Shown: positions 20,678 through 30,899, numbered from the stretch's first letter. The stretch is DNA of 64,000 bases from an uncultured Bdellovibrionales bacterium (GCA_964484195.1 CAZAER010000001.1:285510-349509); one strand, 5' to 3'. Notes: generated by a model from the sequence alone, not told the origin. Numbers and translations are program-made.

Positions 20678-20729
20678 GACCCGCTATCTACACCTACACG
20701 CGCACACCTGGCTACCCATCACGGGTCGA

Positions 20730-21473
20730 CTATTTCGATCCCTGCTTCGCGACAGCCGCAGCCGCAGCAGCCGCCTTCTCGGGATCCCCGAGATAGTAGT
20801 GCTTGATGGGCTTGAGCTTGGCATCCAGCTCGTAGATCAGCGGAATGCCTGTAGGAATATTGAGCTCGGTGATGGCGTCGTCGCTCACGTGGTCGAGGTG
20901 CTTGACCAGGGCGCGCAGGCTGTTGCCGTGGGCGGCGATGAGGACGCGTTGGCCCTTATGGAGCTCGGGGACGATGGCATCGCTCCAGAATGGCAGGAAG
21001 CGATCGATCGTGAGCTTCAAGGACTCCGTGCGCGGGAGCAGGGCGGCATCGACGCGTGCGTAACGTGGATCGCTGCCGGCGAAGCGCTTGTCGCCTTCGG
21101 GCAGCGGTGGCGGCGGCACGTCGAAGCTGCGGCGCCAGATCTTCACCTGGTCGGGCCCGGCCTTCTGGGCGAGCTCCACCTTGTTGAGCCCCTGGAGGTC
21201 ACCGTAGTGCCGTTCGTTCAAGCGCCAGCTCTTGTGGACCGGGATCCAGGAGAGGTCGAGCGCATCGAGGACGACGTTGCAGGTGTGGATGGCGCGCTTG
21301 AGCACCGACGTGAAGGCGACGTCGAAGGTGTAGCCCCCGTCTTTCAAGAGGCGCGCTGCCTCCGCGGCTTCGGCGCGGCCCTCATCGGAGAGCGGGACGT
21401 CGGTCCAGCCGGTAAAGCGGTTTTCGACATTCCATTGGCTCTGGCCGTGGCGCAGCAGGACGAGCTTGTGCAC
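20730..21473 (-). CDS. gpmA: 2,3-bisphosphoglycerate-dependent phosphoglycerate mutase
   Basis: GTG start yields [15 protein letters not shown] (the RHG phosphohistidine motif). A GGGAGG RBS sits 6 nt upstream. The ORF-track extension to 21581 lacks support. Confidence 0.85.
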   Translation of the reverse strand: MHKLVLLRHGQSQWNVENRFTGWTDVPLSDEGRAEAAEAARLLKDGGYTFDVAFTSVLKRAIHTCNVVLDALDLSWIPVHKSWRLNERHYGDLQGLNKVELAQKAGPDQVKIWRRSFDVPPPPLPEGDKRFAGSDPRYARVDAALLPRTESLKLTIDRFLPFWSDAIVPELHKGQRVLIAAHGNSLRALVKHLDHVSDDAITELNIPTGIPLIYELDAKLKPIKHYYLGDPEKAAAAAAAVAKQGSK

Positions 21474-21546
21474 GAGGTTCCTCCCTGGAAGTGCCGCACG
21501 TACGGCAACTCGTGACCTGCCCGCAAGACCGTGCGATGCAGACAGG

Positions 21547-22338
21547 GTGAAGTCTTGCGTCGTCGTCTTGCCTTGCTTCAACGAAGCCGAGCGTTTGCGG
21601 CCCTCCGAGCTCCTGCGTCTCGCCCGTCATCCGGCCATTCGTTTGATCTGCGTCGATGACGGCTCGACCGACACCACCTCGGCGATCCTCGAGGCGGTCA
21701 AGGCCAAGGCACCCGACCGCATCAGTGTCTTGCACCGTGGCGAGAACGGCGGTCGCGGCGCGGCGGTACGCGACGGCATGCGCAAAGCGCTCGCCGAAGG
21801 CGCCCACATGATCGGTTTTCTCGACGCCGACCTCGCGGCGCCGGTCGAGGAGATGATGCGCCTGCATGCCGTGCTCGCGACCAGCGACGTCGCGGCGGTG
21901 ATGGGCGCGCGGGTACGGCGTCTGGGGGCGAACATCGCGCGGACCGCGACCCGGCGTCTGCTCGGGCGGACATTCGCGAGCTTGGCCGCGCTGGCCATCG
22001 ATGTGCCGCTCTACGATACCCAATGCGGCGCCAAGCTCTTCCGCGCCAGCCCTGAGCTCGAAGCCGCGCTCGCCGAGCCATTCGTTGCCAAGTGGACCTT
22101 CGACGTCGAGCTCATCGCGCGGCTCTATCACGGCGGTCCCGGGGCCCCGGCGTTGGGCCCGGAGTCGTTCCTCGAAGTGCCGCTCGAGCACTGGCAAGAC
22201 GTCGCCGGCTCGAAGCTCACCGGGCACGATGCGCTGCGTGCCCTCGTCGACCTCGCGATCGTCGGGCTGCAAACACGGGCGCGCCGCAAGAAGGCGCCAG
22301 CTCGCGAGACGCCACGTCGTCGGTCCGCCGCCGCCTGA
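21547..22338 (+). CDS. GT2 family glycosyltransferase (polyprenyl-phosphate sugar synthase-like, DPM1/ArnC/GtrB type)
   Basis: [20 protein letters not shown] and FLDADL (DxD) motifs. GTG at 21547 avoids a divergent overlap with gpmA. The stop sits 2 nt before the gluQ ATG. Confidence 0.75.
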   Translation: MKSCVVVLPCFNEAERLRPSELLRLARHPAIRLICVDDGSTDTTSAILEAVKAKAPDRISVLHRGENGGRGAAVRDGMRKALAEGAHMIGFLDADLAAPVEEMMRLHAVLATSDVAAVMGARVRRLGANIARTATRRLLGRTFASLAALAIDVPLYDTQCGAKLFRASPELEAALAEPFVAKWTFDVELIARLYHGGPGAPALGPESFLEVPLEHWQDVAGSKLTGHDALRALVDLAIVGLQTRARRKKAPARETPRRRSAAA

Positions 22339-22340
22339 GT

Positions 22341-23264
22341 ATGGGTGTCGGTCGCTTTGCACCATCGCCGACGGGCGACGCGCACCCTGGAACGTTGCTC
22401 GCCGGATTGCTCGCTTGGCTCGACGCCAAGTCGCGTGGCGACACCGCACTCTTGCGACTCGAGGACCTCGATACGACGCGGGTGAAGTCCGCTTACACGG
22501 AGCAAATCGTGGAAGCGCTGGCATCGATCGGTTTGCGCTTCGATACCGTGGCAACGCAGAGCCTCGACAACGCCCGCCATGCGGCGGCGCTCGACACCTT
22601 GGCCGAGCGCGGTGCTCTCTACCCATGTTCGTGTCCGCGCAGCCGCATCAAGACGCTGGGTCGCAAGGCGCCCGACGGTGGATTCGCCTACGACAACGCG
22701 TGTCGTGGACGCTCGCTCCCCGCGGCCGGTTGGCGCGCCAGCAAGGAGAACGTGCGCGTGCGGCTGCCCGACGCTCCGCTCACCCTCGTCGATGAGAGCG
22801 GGCTCGATCTGTCGCAGACTCCGGCCATCGCCATGGGCGACCCAGTGGTCCTCCGCAAAGACGGAGTCGTCGCCTACCAGCTCGCGGTCGTGGTCGACGA
22901 CGCGGCCCAAGGCGTGACCCGGGTGGTGCGGGGGCGAGACATCGCGCCGAGCACCGCGACCCAGGTGATGTTGCAGCGGCTCCTCGGGTACGCGACACCG
23001 GCGTACCGCCACCACTTCCTGTTGCTCGAGCCTGATGGCGACAAGCTCGCGAAGCTCCACGGCTCGGTGGGCTTTCGCGCGTTATCGACGCGCTACGACG
23101 GTCCGGCGCTCTGCGGTTGGCTCGCGTGCGCCGCGGGTCTCGTCGAGCGCGAAGCCGCCACGACGCCCGCTGCGCTCCTGCCCGGCTTCTCCTGGGCACG
23201 GGTTCGCGCCGACGACCTTGCTGTCCGCTGGGACGGACAGCGATTAGCTCGGGATGGCGCCTGA
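22341..23264 (+). CDS. gluQ: Glutamyl-Q tRNA(Asp) synthetase (truncated GluRS paralog, about 307 aa, no anticodon-binding domain)
   Basis: [17 protein letters not shown] (HxGx class I motif), KLAKL (KMSKS-like) and the zinc-binding Cys cluster CSCPRS. The length and architecture match YadB/GluQRS. Confidence 0.8.
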   Translation: MGVGRFAPSPTGDAHPGTLLAGLLAWLDAKSRGDTALLRLEDLDTTRVKSAYTEQIVEALASIGLRFDTVATQSLDNARHAAALDTLAERGALYPCSCPRSRIKTLGRKAPDGGFAYDNACRGRSLPAAGWRASKENVRVRLPDAPLTLVDESGLDLSQTPAIAMGDPVVLRKDGVVAYQLAVVVDDAAQGVTRVVRGRDIAPSTATQVMLQRLLGYATPAYRHHFLLLEPDGDKLAKLHGSVGFRALSTRYDGPALCGWLACAAGLVEREAATTPAALLPGFSWARVRADDLAVRWDGQRLARDGA

Positions 23265-24470
23265 AGCAGGGGCCCGTGGCACCAAGGTCACGAACTGACC
23301 TTTGGTCCAGCCGTACTTCCTCGCCAGAGCCTTGAACTTCTCGAGGCGCTTGGGCTCACCGGGGGTGTCGACCATGAAATTGCCGATGGCCGCGGGCATA
23401 TTGAGGAGGATCATCATGCCGCCGTCCGACGAAGCGGAATCGCCGTCGCGCCCGGCGAGAACGATGCGGTCTTCGTCGAGCTTGCGCCAGTCCATGCGCT
23501 CCTTGTTGGCATTGAGCCAGTAGTGGAACGAAAGCGGCTTGCCGGCTTGCGGACGCCTCTCCCAGGCGCTGTCGAAGACCTCGTAGGCGTGGTTCACGCC
23601 GGTCGAGATGCCGTTGGCGTCATAGATGAGGTGGGAGCCGACCGCGTTCGTTGCGTCGATCCCGAGGAGTGAGGTGACGCTCTGCGCCAGCTCTTGGTCG
23701 CCGTTCGAGACGATGACGACGTGCACGCCGGCGCGCTTCAAGGCGAGGTTGTCCTCGCGGACCCCCGGGAAGATCTTGGCGGCATAGCTCGGCGCGAAGG
23801 CTCGCACTTGCTCCGCCTTTTCGTCGCGCGTCAGGCCGATTTGCGAGGGCCAAAACGCGCCCGCCCAAAATTCCAGGAGGCCGATGCCGGGTCCGCCAGC
23901 TTCCTTGCGTTTCCACAGCTCGATGACGAGATGGCCGTTCTCGGTGCCCGAGTTGGTTGCGACCGCCGCGAATTCCTTGTCCGGGATGGCGGACGGGTCT
24001 TTCGCTTTGGTTGCGATGAGGAACTTCTTCAGGGCTTCGTTCTGCTGCGCGGTGATCTTGCCGTTGTCGGCGCGCCACTTGAAGAAGAACGTGAAGATGT
24101 CACCGGCGGCTTGGGTCTTGTCGAGGTCCTTGAGCCAGAAGACCTGGCGGCCGCAGGCCTTCTCGGCGGCGACCCACTGCCTGAAGGCGCGTGACGTGAA
24201 GTACTCGAGCCGTCGCTCCATGGTGAGACGCGTGGCGTCGACGCTGTTGCTGCCGTGGCTGCCGCCACCCATGCGGTAGAGCGCGGTGCGGGCCCGGGCC
24301 AGGGCGCGCCGGGCCGCGAGCTCGTTTGCCTCCGAGCGGGTGAGACGGACGGTGACGCGATTCCTGCCGACGTAGGCGTCGGGTTTCGCGTCCGCCTTTG
24401 GCTGCTCGGTGGCGCTGGCCGCCGTCGTGGTGATGTTGGAGTGAGCCTGATGGAGGTGCCGGACGCGCAT
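23244..24470 (-). CDS. HAD-superfamily hydrolase-like protein with about 100 aa N-terminal extension
   Basis: Putative HAD motif I WLKDLDKT (DxDxT) and a C-terminal AGRDGDSASSDGG resembling motif IV. Otherwise unassigned. Confidence 0.45.
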   Translation of the reverse strand: MRVRHLHQAHSNITTTAASATEQPKADAKPDAYVGRNRVTVRLTRSEANELAARRALARARTALYRMGGGSHGSNSVDATRLTMERRLEYFTSRAFRQWVAAEKACGRQVFWLKDLDKTQAAGDIFTFFFKWRADNGKITAQQNEALKKFLIATKAKDPSAIPDKEFAAVATNSGTENGHLVIELWKRKEAGGPGIGLLEFWAGAFWPSQIGLTRDEKAEQVRAFAPSYAAKIFPGVREDNLALKRAGVHVVIVSNGDQELAQSVTSLLGIDATNAVGSHLIYDANGISTGVNHAYEVFDSAWERRPQAGKPLSFHYWLNANKERMDWRKLDEDRIVLAGRDGDSASSDGGMMILLNMPAAIGNFMVDTPGEPKRLEKFKALARKYGWTKGQFVTLVPRAPASGAIPS

Positions 24471-24545
24471 GCCTGCCTCGTGTCGTTGAGGCAGCAGTAT
24501 CGTCAGGCAAGGCAGCGGCGAGGACGACCCGCCGCTGCCGACGTG
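24471..24545 (-). terminator. Two stem-loops between the prolyl oligopeptidase stop and the next minus-strand gene
   Basis: On the transcript strand: CAGCGGCG-ggtcgtcct-CGCCGCTG and CTGCCTC-aacgacac-GAGGCAG, directly followed by the ATG of the downstream gene. No U-tract. Could be a terminator or an attenuator. Confidence 0.3.
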
Positions 24546-26885
24546 TCACGCGACCCTCTGACCCTTGCCGCGCGCGAGATTCGCCGCGTAGGCGCTGGCG
24601 TTCATCTCATTGAGCGCGAAGGCAATTTCGTCCGCCGTCTGCTCGATGGCCTTGCCGACCGGCTTGCCGGCACCGTGACCGGTGTCGACGTCCGCGCGCA
24701 GTAGGGTCGGAGCCCGGCCCGCTTGGGCCGCTTGCAAGGCCGCGAGCAGCTTGTAGCTGTGGCTAGGCTCGACACGGTCATCGCTGGTTCCGGTCTCGAC
24801 GAGGAGGCCGGGGAAACGGACGCCAGGACGGACGTTGTGCAGCGGTGAATAAGCAAACAGGAACGGGAACTGCTTCGGGTCGCTCGAGACGCCGTATTCC
24901 GGGATCCAGCCGGGACCCCAGGTCCAACGGTGGTAGCGCAGCATGTCGTGGACGCCGACACCCACGAGGCCGGCGGCGGCGATCGAGGGATCTTGGATGA
25001 CCGTCGCTGCGACGAGCAAGCCGCCGTTCGAGGCTCCGGCCAGCGTCAGGCGCTCGGGCCGGGTATAGCGCTGCTCGACCAGATGGCGAGCGCACGCCTT
25101 GAAGTCTTCGAAGACGTTCTGCTTGCGGCCGAGTGAGCCGCCCTTGTGCCAGTTCTCGCCGAACTCGCGGCCACCGCGCAGCTGCGGCACCGCGAGGATG
25201 CCGCCCATCTCGAGCCACGCATGGAAGCGGCGCGAGTAGGTGGGCGTGACGCTATTGCGGAAACCACCGTAGGCGTACTGCAGCGTCGGCGCGTTGCCGT
25301 CGCGCGGGGTGTCGCGTCGCTGCGTGATGAACACCGGCACCATGGTGCCGTCGGTGCTCTTGAAGAAGCTCTCGGTGGTCACGTAGTCGGCGGGGTCGAC
25401 GCCGATCGGCGACGCACGGGTGATCCGCCGTTTACCCGTCTCGGTGTCGACCGCGTATTCGATCTCGGGCGTGTAGTGATTCTGGAAGGTGAACGAAACC
25501 TTCTTGCCTTCGGGGTCACCGAAGAACGCCGACACCGAACCGCGGTCGGGTAGGTCGATCGTCCGCTCGAGCGAACCCTTGTGGAAGACGCGCAACGCCG
25601 CGGTGCCGTTGTTGAGATAACGCGCGTAGATGCGCTCGCCGACCACGGTGGCACCGTCGAGGGTCATCTGCGGATCCTGCGGCAGGAGCTCGCGGACGAC
25701 CGGCTTGTCTTCCGCGATGTCGATGGCGACGAGGCGGGCGTTGGGCGCTTCGGCGTCCGTCAGCATGTAGATGACGCTGCCGCGGCCGCCGACCAAGTAA
25801 TATTCGGCGCCGTCGTTACTCTCGAGCACGGTGCGGAACGGTCCATTCATGTCGTCGATCGGCCGAACCGCGATGCGGGAGGTACCGGTGCGCATGTCGC
25901 CGCTGCTGACGATGAGCCACTTCTCGTCGTCGGAGAGCGACGGCTCGTGCAGCATGTCGGGCGCTTGGGGTGTCGCCATCAGGATGACGTCGTCGCCTTG
26001 TGGCTTGCCGACTTTGTGCAAGCGAGCGCTGTGATCGTGGACGACCTCCTGGAGCTCCTTGCCTGACTCGGGGGCCGGCAATCCGCCATAGAGGAAACCG
26101 GAGCTGTCCGGCAGCCACTCGATGCTGCTCGTCTTGGTCCAGCGGATGACCTCGGGGAGCTTCTCTCCAGTTGCCGCGTCGACGAGGTGCCACGTCGACC
26201 AGTCCGAGCCGTTGTCGTTCAAGGCGTACGCCACCTTGGTGCCGTCGGGGCTCACCGACCACGAGCTCACGTGCATGGTGGCGGTGGGGTCGAGCGCTGC
26301 CGGGTTCACCAGGCAAGTGACCTTGCCTTGTTTGTCCTTCACGAAGAGCGAGGCTTGGTGCTCGCCGCCCTTGCGCTCGGTGAAGAAGGTGAAGTCCTTC
26401 ACCTTGCGCTCGCGCGACTTCTCGCCGACGGCGAAGCTCTTCTCGAGCCACTCGGCAACCAGCTTGCGCGCTGGGAGCTTGTCGAGGTGCGTGCGGGTGA
26501 AGGCGTTCTGCTCGCCGACCCAGGTGTCGCGCTTGACGCCCGCGGTCTCGAGCCAGCGGAATGGGTCGGGCACTTTGGTGCCGTGGTAGTCGTCGACGAC
26601 GTCGCCGCGCTCGGTCTTGGGGTAGGTGCCCTCGAAGGCGACCTGCGCGCCGAGGTGCGCGAGGAGGAGCTTCTGGGCCATCGCCGCCGCGGCGCCGGCG
26701 TAGCTCGCGTTCATCAGCTGCTGCTGCTTGGCCTTCTTGCCGCGTTTCTTGCCGGGAGCTTCGACTGCGTCGAGAGGACGGGCGTCGCGCGGGGCGTCGG
26801 CTCGGTAGGGCTTGCAGAGCGCGGCGCTGGACAGAAGGGTGCGTAGACCAGGGGACAGCCCCGGTGAGCGGCGGGTGGATTGCAT
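24546..26885 (-). CDS. Prolyl oligopeptidase (S9A family serine peptidase)
   Basis: N-terminal beta-propeller region (DPFRWLE...). Catalytic domain with GASNGGLL (nucleophile Ser) plus Asp/His regions. The start is taken as the ATG at 26885, which leaves a 91 nt gap to the next gene. The ORF-track start at 27092 would overlap that gene. Confidence 0.85.
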   Translation of the reverse strand: MQSTRRSPGLSPGLRTLLSSAALCKPYRADAPRDARPLDAVEAPGKKRGKKAKQQQLMNASYAGAAAAMAQKLLLAHLGAQVAFEGTYPKTERGDVVDDYHGTKVPDPFRWLETAGVKRDTWVGEQNAFTRTHLDKLPARKLVAEWLEKSFAVGEKSRERKVKDFTFFTERKGGEHQASLFVKDKQGKVTCLVNPAALDPTATMHVSSWSVSPDGTKVAYALNDNGSDWSTWHLVDAATGEKLPEVIRWTKTSSIEWLPDSSGFLYGGLPAPESGKELQEVVHDHSARLHKVGKPQGDDVILMATPQAPDMLHEPSLSDDEKWLIVSSGDMRTGTSRIAVRPIDDMNGPFRTVLESNDGAEYYLVGGRGSVIYMLTDAEAPNARLVAIDIAEDKPVVRELLPQDPQMTLDGATVVGERIYARYLNNGTAALRVFHKGSLERTIDLPDRGSVSAFFGDPEGKKVSFTFQNHYTPEIEYAVDTETGKRRITRASPIGVDPADYVTTESFFKSTDGTMVPVFITQRRDTPRDGNAPTLQYAYGGFRNSVTPTYSRRFHAWLEMGGILAVPQLRGGREFGENWHKGGSLGRKQNVFEDFKACARHLVEQRYTRPERLTLAGASNGGLLVAATVIQDPSIAAAGLVGVGVHDMLRYHRWTWGPGWIPEYGVSSDPKQFPFLFAYSPLHNVRPGVRFPGLLVETGTSDDRVEPSHSYKLLAALQAAQAGRAPTLLRADVDTGHGAGKPVGKAIEQTADEIAFALNEMNASAYAANLARGKGQRVA

Positions 26886-26976
26886 GGCGGGCCTTGGTGG
26901 GATTTGCCCAGAACGGAAACGTCGGGCGGTCGAAGTTATCGCCGCCCGGCTCCAAGTGTTTCGCGAACGACGATCG

Positions 26977-27786
26977 CTAGCTTCGCGAGGCGGCGTACCG
27001 GGCCACATCCCCGAGGTACGAGAGGCCACGCAGCAGCGTCGCATAGGACCCGGTGGGGTCGAACGGGTCCACCGCGACGCCACCCTTGCCATCGACGACC
27101 ACGGAGGTCGCGAGGTCCTGCCACGAGCGCTTGGAAAGGTCGTAGTAGTCGGGGGCCAGCGTCTCCTGCGTGGTGAAGGCGACCGCTCCGGCCTCGGCGC
27201 GTAGCACGACCCCGCGCTGCTCCTTCATGCTCGCCACCTCGATCTCGAGATCGGCACCGCGGCTGAAGAACGAGCCGAGCTTGCCCAGGAACGGGCGAGC
27301 CGCTTTGCGTCGGGCGTCGTCCACGGTGAGCTCGCCGCTGTGCACCCGCGGTGCGAGCGGCGCCAGACGGGCGTGGTAGCGCATCGGGTCGTAGGTGCCC
27401 TCGATGATGCCATCGACGGCGCACCCCGCGACTTCGCCGGTCGCAGCGATGCCTTGGGTCGCGACGGGCAACAAGGCGGCATGGAGGCGGATGATGTCGC
27501 GCGCGCCTTCGACGATTGCATGATCGGCGATGAGCCTGTTGGCGGCGCCCGCTATGGCGGTGTGGTCGAGGCTCGGCGCCGCGATGAGCTTCGCCAGATT
27601 GGCGAGGTCGCGGGCGTAGCGTGGGCTCGCGAGGCCCGTTGCCTCGCTTGCCGGGCTGACCGCCGGAGCGGACTGCATGACGAGGGTCGCGGAGGACGCG
27701 TTCTGCGGCCGCGCGGCGGCGCCTTCGTCAGCCGTGGTCATGTGGCGCGAGGTGGTCGGGTTTGCTGGCTGAGTGGACAGGGACAT
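26977..27786 (-). CDS. Hypothetical protein (269 aa)
   Basis: ATG at 27786 is preceded by AAGGAGG at a 7 nt spacing. No recognisable domain. Confidence 0.5.
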   Translation of the reverse strand: MSLSTQPANPTTSRHMTTADEGAAARPQNASSATLVMQSAPAVSPASEATGLASPRYARDLANLAKLIAAPSLDHTAIAGAANRLIADHAIVEGARDIIRLHAALLPVATQGIAATGEVAGCAVDGIIEGTYDPMRYHARLAPLAPRVHSGELTVDDARRKAARPFLGKLGSFFSRGADLEIEVASMKEQRGVVLRAEAGAVAFTTQETLAPDYYDLSKRSWQDLATSVVVDGKGGVAVDPFDPTGSYATLLRGLSYLGDVARYAASRS

Positions 27787-27890
27787 CGAGGCCTCCTTGT
27801 AAGGTGACCTCTTATCGGCCCGCGTCTACCTCGCGAGGCGTCATCGTGATCTGCACGCCGTCATGGTCGCGACGCGGCCATGACATCGCT

Positions 27891-29000
27891 TCAGACGTTG
27901 AAGCGGAAGTGCATGACGTCGCCATCGCGGACGACGTACTCTTTGCCTTCGACGCGCATCTTGCCGGCGCTCTTCACAGCGGCTTCGGTCTTGAGCTCGA
28001 CCAGGTCTTCCCAGCGCATGACCTCGGCCTTGATGAAGCCACGCTCGAAGTCGGTGTGGATGACGCCGGCGGCGCCAGGCGCCTTGGTGCCTTCGCGAAT
28101 CGTCCAGGCGCGGGTTTCCTGAGGACCGGCCGTCAGGTAGGTGATGAGCCCGAGGACGCGATAGCCCTCGCGGATGATCTTGTGCAGACCCGGCTCGGTG
28201 AGCCCCATCGAGGAGAGATAGTCGGCGCGATCGGCGTCGGGGAGCTGTGAGACCTCGGCCTCGATGGCGGCGCTGATCGGGATGACCGGCGCGCCCTCCG
28301 CCTTGGCGAGCTCGGTGAGCTTCTGGAAGTAGGGGACGGTCTCGGGCTTGGTGACCGTGCCTTCGGCGAGATTGGCGACGTAGAGGATGGGCTTCGCGGT
28401 CAGCAGGAAGAGCTCGCGCATGAGCTTCTTGCCGTCGTCGTCGATGGCGAGGCCGCGGGCCGCGGCGCCGGTGTTCAAGTGCTTCTGCATGGCCTCGAGG
28501 CGGGCCATCTCGGCGCGGGCTTCGTCGCCCTGCTTGCCGCCGGCCTTCACCAGCTTGTTGGTGCGCTCCATGCGCTTCTCGACCGTGGCCAGGTCCGCCA
28601 AAGCGAGCTCAGTGTTGATCGTCTGGACGTCGCGGATCGGATCGATCGAGCCATCGACGTGCACGATGTTGCTGTCGTCGAAGCAACGCACCACGTGCGC
28701 TATAGCGTCCACCTGGCGGATGTGTGACAGGAACTGGTTGCCGAGGCCTTCGCCTTTCGAGGCGCCCTTTACCAGGCCGGCGATGTCGACGAACTCGAGG
28801 CTCGTGGGCACGAGCTTTTCGGACTTGTAGAGCGTCGAGAGCTTGGAGAGGCGCTCATCCGGCACCGGCACCACGCCGACGTTCGGCTCGATGGTGCAGA
28901 AGGGGAAGTTCGCGGCTTCGGCGCCAGCGGCCGAGAGGGCGTTGAAGAGGGTGGACTTGCCGACGTTGGGAAGGCCGACGATGCCGATGTTGATGGCCAC
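27891..29000 (-). CDS. ychF: Ribosome-binding ATPase YchF (Obg-family GTPase)
   Basis: Colinear with E. coli YchF throughout (GIVGLPNVGKSTLFNALS, NFPFCTIEPN, GLGNQFL, the TGS domain and the C-terminal DGDVMHFRFNV). GTG at 29000 with a GGAG RBS. The ORF-track start is 14 codons upstream. Confidence 0.9.
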   Translation of the reverse strand: MAINIGIVGLPNVGKSTLFNALSAAGAEAANFPFCTIEPNVGVVPVPDERLSKLSTLYKSEKLVPTSLEFVDIAGLVKGASKGEGLGNQFLSHIRQVDAIAHVVRCFDDSNIVHVDGSIDPIRDVQTINTELALADLATVEKRMERTNKLVKAGGKQGDEARAEMARLEAMQKHLNTGAAARGLAIDDDGKKLMRELFLLTAKPILYVANLAEGTVTKPETVPYFQKLTELAKAEGAPVIPISAAIEAEVSQLPDADRADYLSSMGLTEPGLHKIIREGYRVLGLITYLTAGPQETRAWTIREGTKAPGAAGVIHTDFERGFIKAEVMRWEDLVELKTEAAVKSAGKMRVEGKEYVVRDGDVMHFRFNV

Positions 29001-29118
29001 GGGGGTGCTCCAGAGCGAGAGGGCGCGGTATCTACTCGCCATGCCCCGACGTCAAGCGTTGACGCGGCGGCAGATCGCGCTTTGCTTAAGGAGCGTTCAC
29101 CCGAGGAGGGAAGATAAA

Positions 29119-29349
29119 ATGAAGAAGATCTCTGCACTTGTGTTCGTCGCGCTGCTTGGCGTCGCCTGTTCGAGCACGAACACCAATGTTCCGAGCCGCG
29201 GGCGGCAGTCGGACAACCCAGTCGAGCGCATCCGCGATCGCACCAACACGAATGCCTCGCCAGGCGCCAACGACGACTCGCCCATCAACAGTGTCGAGGT
29301 CGACCGAGTCAAAGACCGCACCAACACCAACGTGAGCTCGCCCAAATGA
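29119..29349 (+). CDS. Small lipoprotein (76 aa) with internal repeat
   Basis: GGAGGG RBS. MKKISALVFVALLGVACSS is a signal peptide plus lipobox. The motif RDRTNTN occurs twice (once as KDRTNTN). Confidence 0.5.
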   Translation: MKKISALVFVALLGVACSSTNTNVPSRGRQSDNPVERIRDRTNTNASPGANDDSPINSVEVDRVKDRTNTNVSSPK

Positions 29350-29435
29350 CATGATGACAGGCTGGGTTACGTGAACGGGGAGACGACGTTGCCGATAACG
29401 ATTCAGTAACGTTGTATCCGACGTTTGGAGCGACC

Positions 29436-29966
29436 ATGAGCGCCGTCCCGCCTGTCAGTCCCCGTGCCGTGGTACCGCCCGCCGGGCCGCAGACTGTCCA
29501 GCCGGATGGCGTTCCACCGCAGGGCGTTCCACCCCAGGGCGTGCCGCCGGGCGGCGTTCGCCAAGCACCGCCGACCGCGGTCGCACCGCAAGAAGACCAG
29601 TACGAGAACGTCATGGGGAAGGTCGCGGGCAGCGCCCTGACCGGCGCCTTGTTCTTCGGAGCAGGCTGCGCCATGGCCTTCTGCCCCTTCCTCGTGCCGT
29701 TCATTCTCGTTGCCGGTTGCTTCGCCGCCGCCGACTTCCTTGCCGACCTTGCCGGCTTCAGCCCGGTCAAGATGGTGAGCGGCCGATCCATCGGTGGGTG
29801 GATCGCGAGCCGGTTCAGCTCCCGACCAAGCGAGCCCGAGGGTCCGCAGGGTGTGAACCTGCGCCGTGCGCCACAGCCGCAACGCCGCCCGCCGGTGGAG
29901 GTCGAGCCTCTCGCTCCGCCGCAGCGCCGCGACGAGCCCGGCGATCCGGCACAAGCCATCTCCTAG
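29436..29966 (+). CDS. Proline-rich small membrane protein with (GVPPQ)x3 tandem repeat
   Basis: GGAG RBS 6 nt upstream of the ATG at 29436. The Pro-rich N- and C-termini flank a hydrophobic core (FFGAGCAMAFCPFLVPFILVAGCFAAADFL). Confidence 0.45.
   Translation: MSAVPPVSPRAVVPPAGPQTVQPDGVPPQGVPPQGVPPGGVRQAPPTAVAPQEDQYENVMGKVAGSALTGALFFGAGCAMAFCPFLVPFILVAGCFAAADFLADLAGFSPVKMVSGRSIGGWIASRFSSRPSEPEGPQGVNLRRAPQPQRRPPVEVEPLAPPQRRDEPGDPAQAIS
29508..29555 (+). repeat. In-frame 15 nt tandem repeat encoding (GVPPQ)x3
   Basis: ggcgttccaccgcag / ggcgttccaccccag / ggcgtgccgccgggc inside the proline-rich membrane protein gene. Confidence 0.7.
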
Positions 29967-30076
29967 GAGCGCTGCCGCTACCTTGGTACTCCCGCGCGGT
30001 CACGACGATTTCCGCAACGTCGCGGTGCGTCCGGCGATAACGTTCGTAACCACAGTTTCGATGCTGGGAGGGCTGT

Positions 30077-30427
30077 ATGCCTCAAGTTGCTCCGACTCCG
30101 CCCCGTTACGTTCAGGCCCCGCCTGCGCCACCGGCGCCGCAGCAAGAGCGTCACGGACTTGCGAACTTCCTGCAAGGCGTAGCGGGAGCGCTGCTCGGCA
30201 TCGGCATGCTGGGCCTTGGCATCGCCGGCATCGGCATCACGGCGGTGATCGCTGGCGACGCCGCCCTCGACTACTTCACCGGCCGCGGCATCATGGGGCA
30301 CTTTGCAAAGCTCATGGGCTGGGAGAGCAAGGCGAATTCGCGCTCGATGGCCGCCCAGCTGGCGGAGGCCTTCAGCCCTTCGCCTCAACGCGCCGGCTAT
30401 CAGATGCGCCCGCAGACACCTTCGTAA
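30077..30427 (+). CDS. Proline-rich small membrane protein (glycine-zipper TM), likely paralog of the upstream gene
   Basis: GGGAGGG RBS. Pro-rich N-terminus (APTPPRYVQAPPAPPAPQQ), then GALLGIGMLGLGIAGIGITAVIAG, then DAALDYFTG, which resembles AADFLADLAGF in the upstream protein. Confidence 0.45.
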   Translation: MPQVAPTPPRYVQAPPAPPAPQQERHGLANFLQGVAGALLGIGMLGLGIAGIGITAVIAGDAALDYFTGRGIMGHFAKLMGWESKANSRSMAAQLAEAFSPSPQRAGYQMRPQTPS

Positions 30428-30440
30428 GCCGCGCACCCCC

Positions 30441-30899
30441 GTGCTCCACATCGTCCTCTTCCAGCCTGAGATCCCGCAGAACACTGGGAACGTCGGGCGC
30501 TTGTGTGCCGTGACGCGCGCTCGCCTGCACCTGGTGCATCCGCTCGGGTTCGAGGTCACCGACAAACACTTGAAGCGTGCCGGTATGGACTACTGGCGCT
30601 CGCTCGACGTCCATCATCACGAAGACTGGCGGGCGTTCCGCGATAGCAGACTCGGGCCCAAGCGCCTCTGGCTCTTCACCACCAAGGCCGAGCAGACGCA
30701 CTGGGACGTTCGCTTCGAAGACGACGATGGTCTGGTGTTCGGGCGCGAAACCAGCGGTGCGCCGGATTGGCTGCACGACGAGCTCTCCGCCACGCGGGTG
30801 ACCATTCCGCGCTTCAACACCGAGATGCGCTCGCTGAACCTCTCGACCGCCGTAGGAGTCGCGGCGTACGAGGCGCTGCGTCAGCTGCATCACCCCTGA
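30441..30899 (+). CDS. trmL: tRNA (cytidine/uridine-2'-O-)-methyltransferase TrmL (SpoU-TrmD fold)
   Basis: GTG start gives VLHIVLFQPEIPQNTGNVGRLCAVT, which aligns with the E. coli TrmL N-terminus ([25 protein letters not shown]). The 152 aa length fits. Confidence 0.8.
   Translation: MLHIVLFQPEIPQNTGNVGRLCAVTRARLHLVHPLGFEVTDKHLKRAGMDYWRSLDVHHHEDWRAFRDSRLGPKRLWLFTTKAEQTHWDVRFEDDDGLVFGRETSGAPDWLHDELSATRVTIPRFNTEMRSLNLSTAVGVAAYEALRQLHHP

Noticed and set aside
21466-21546. ATG at 21466 as the GT2 start
   Set aside because: It would overlap the gpmA start divergently. The GTG at 21547 immediately precedes the conserved [10 protein letters not shown] block.
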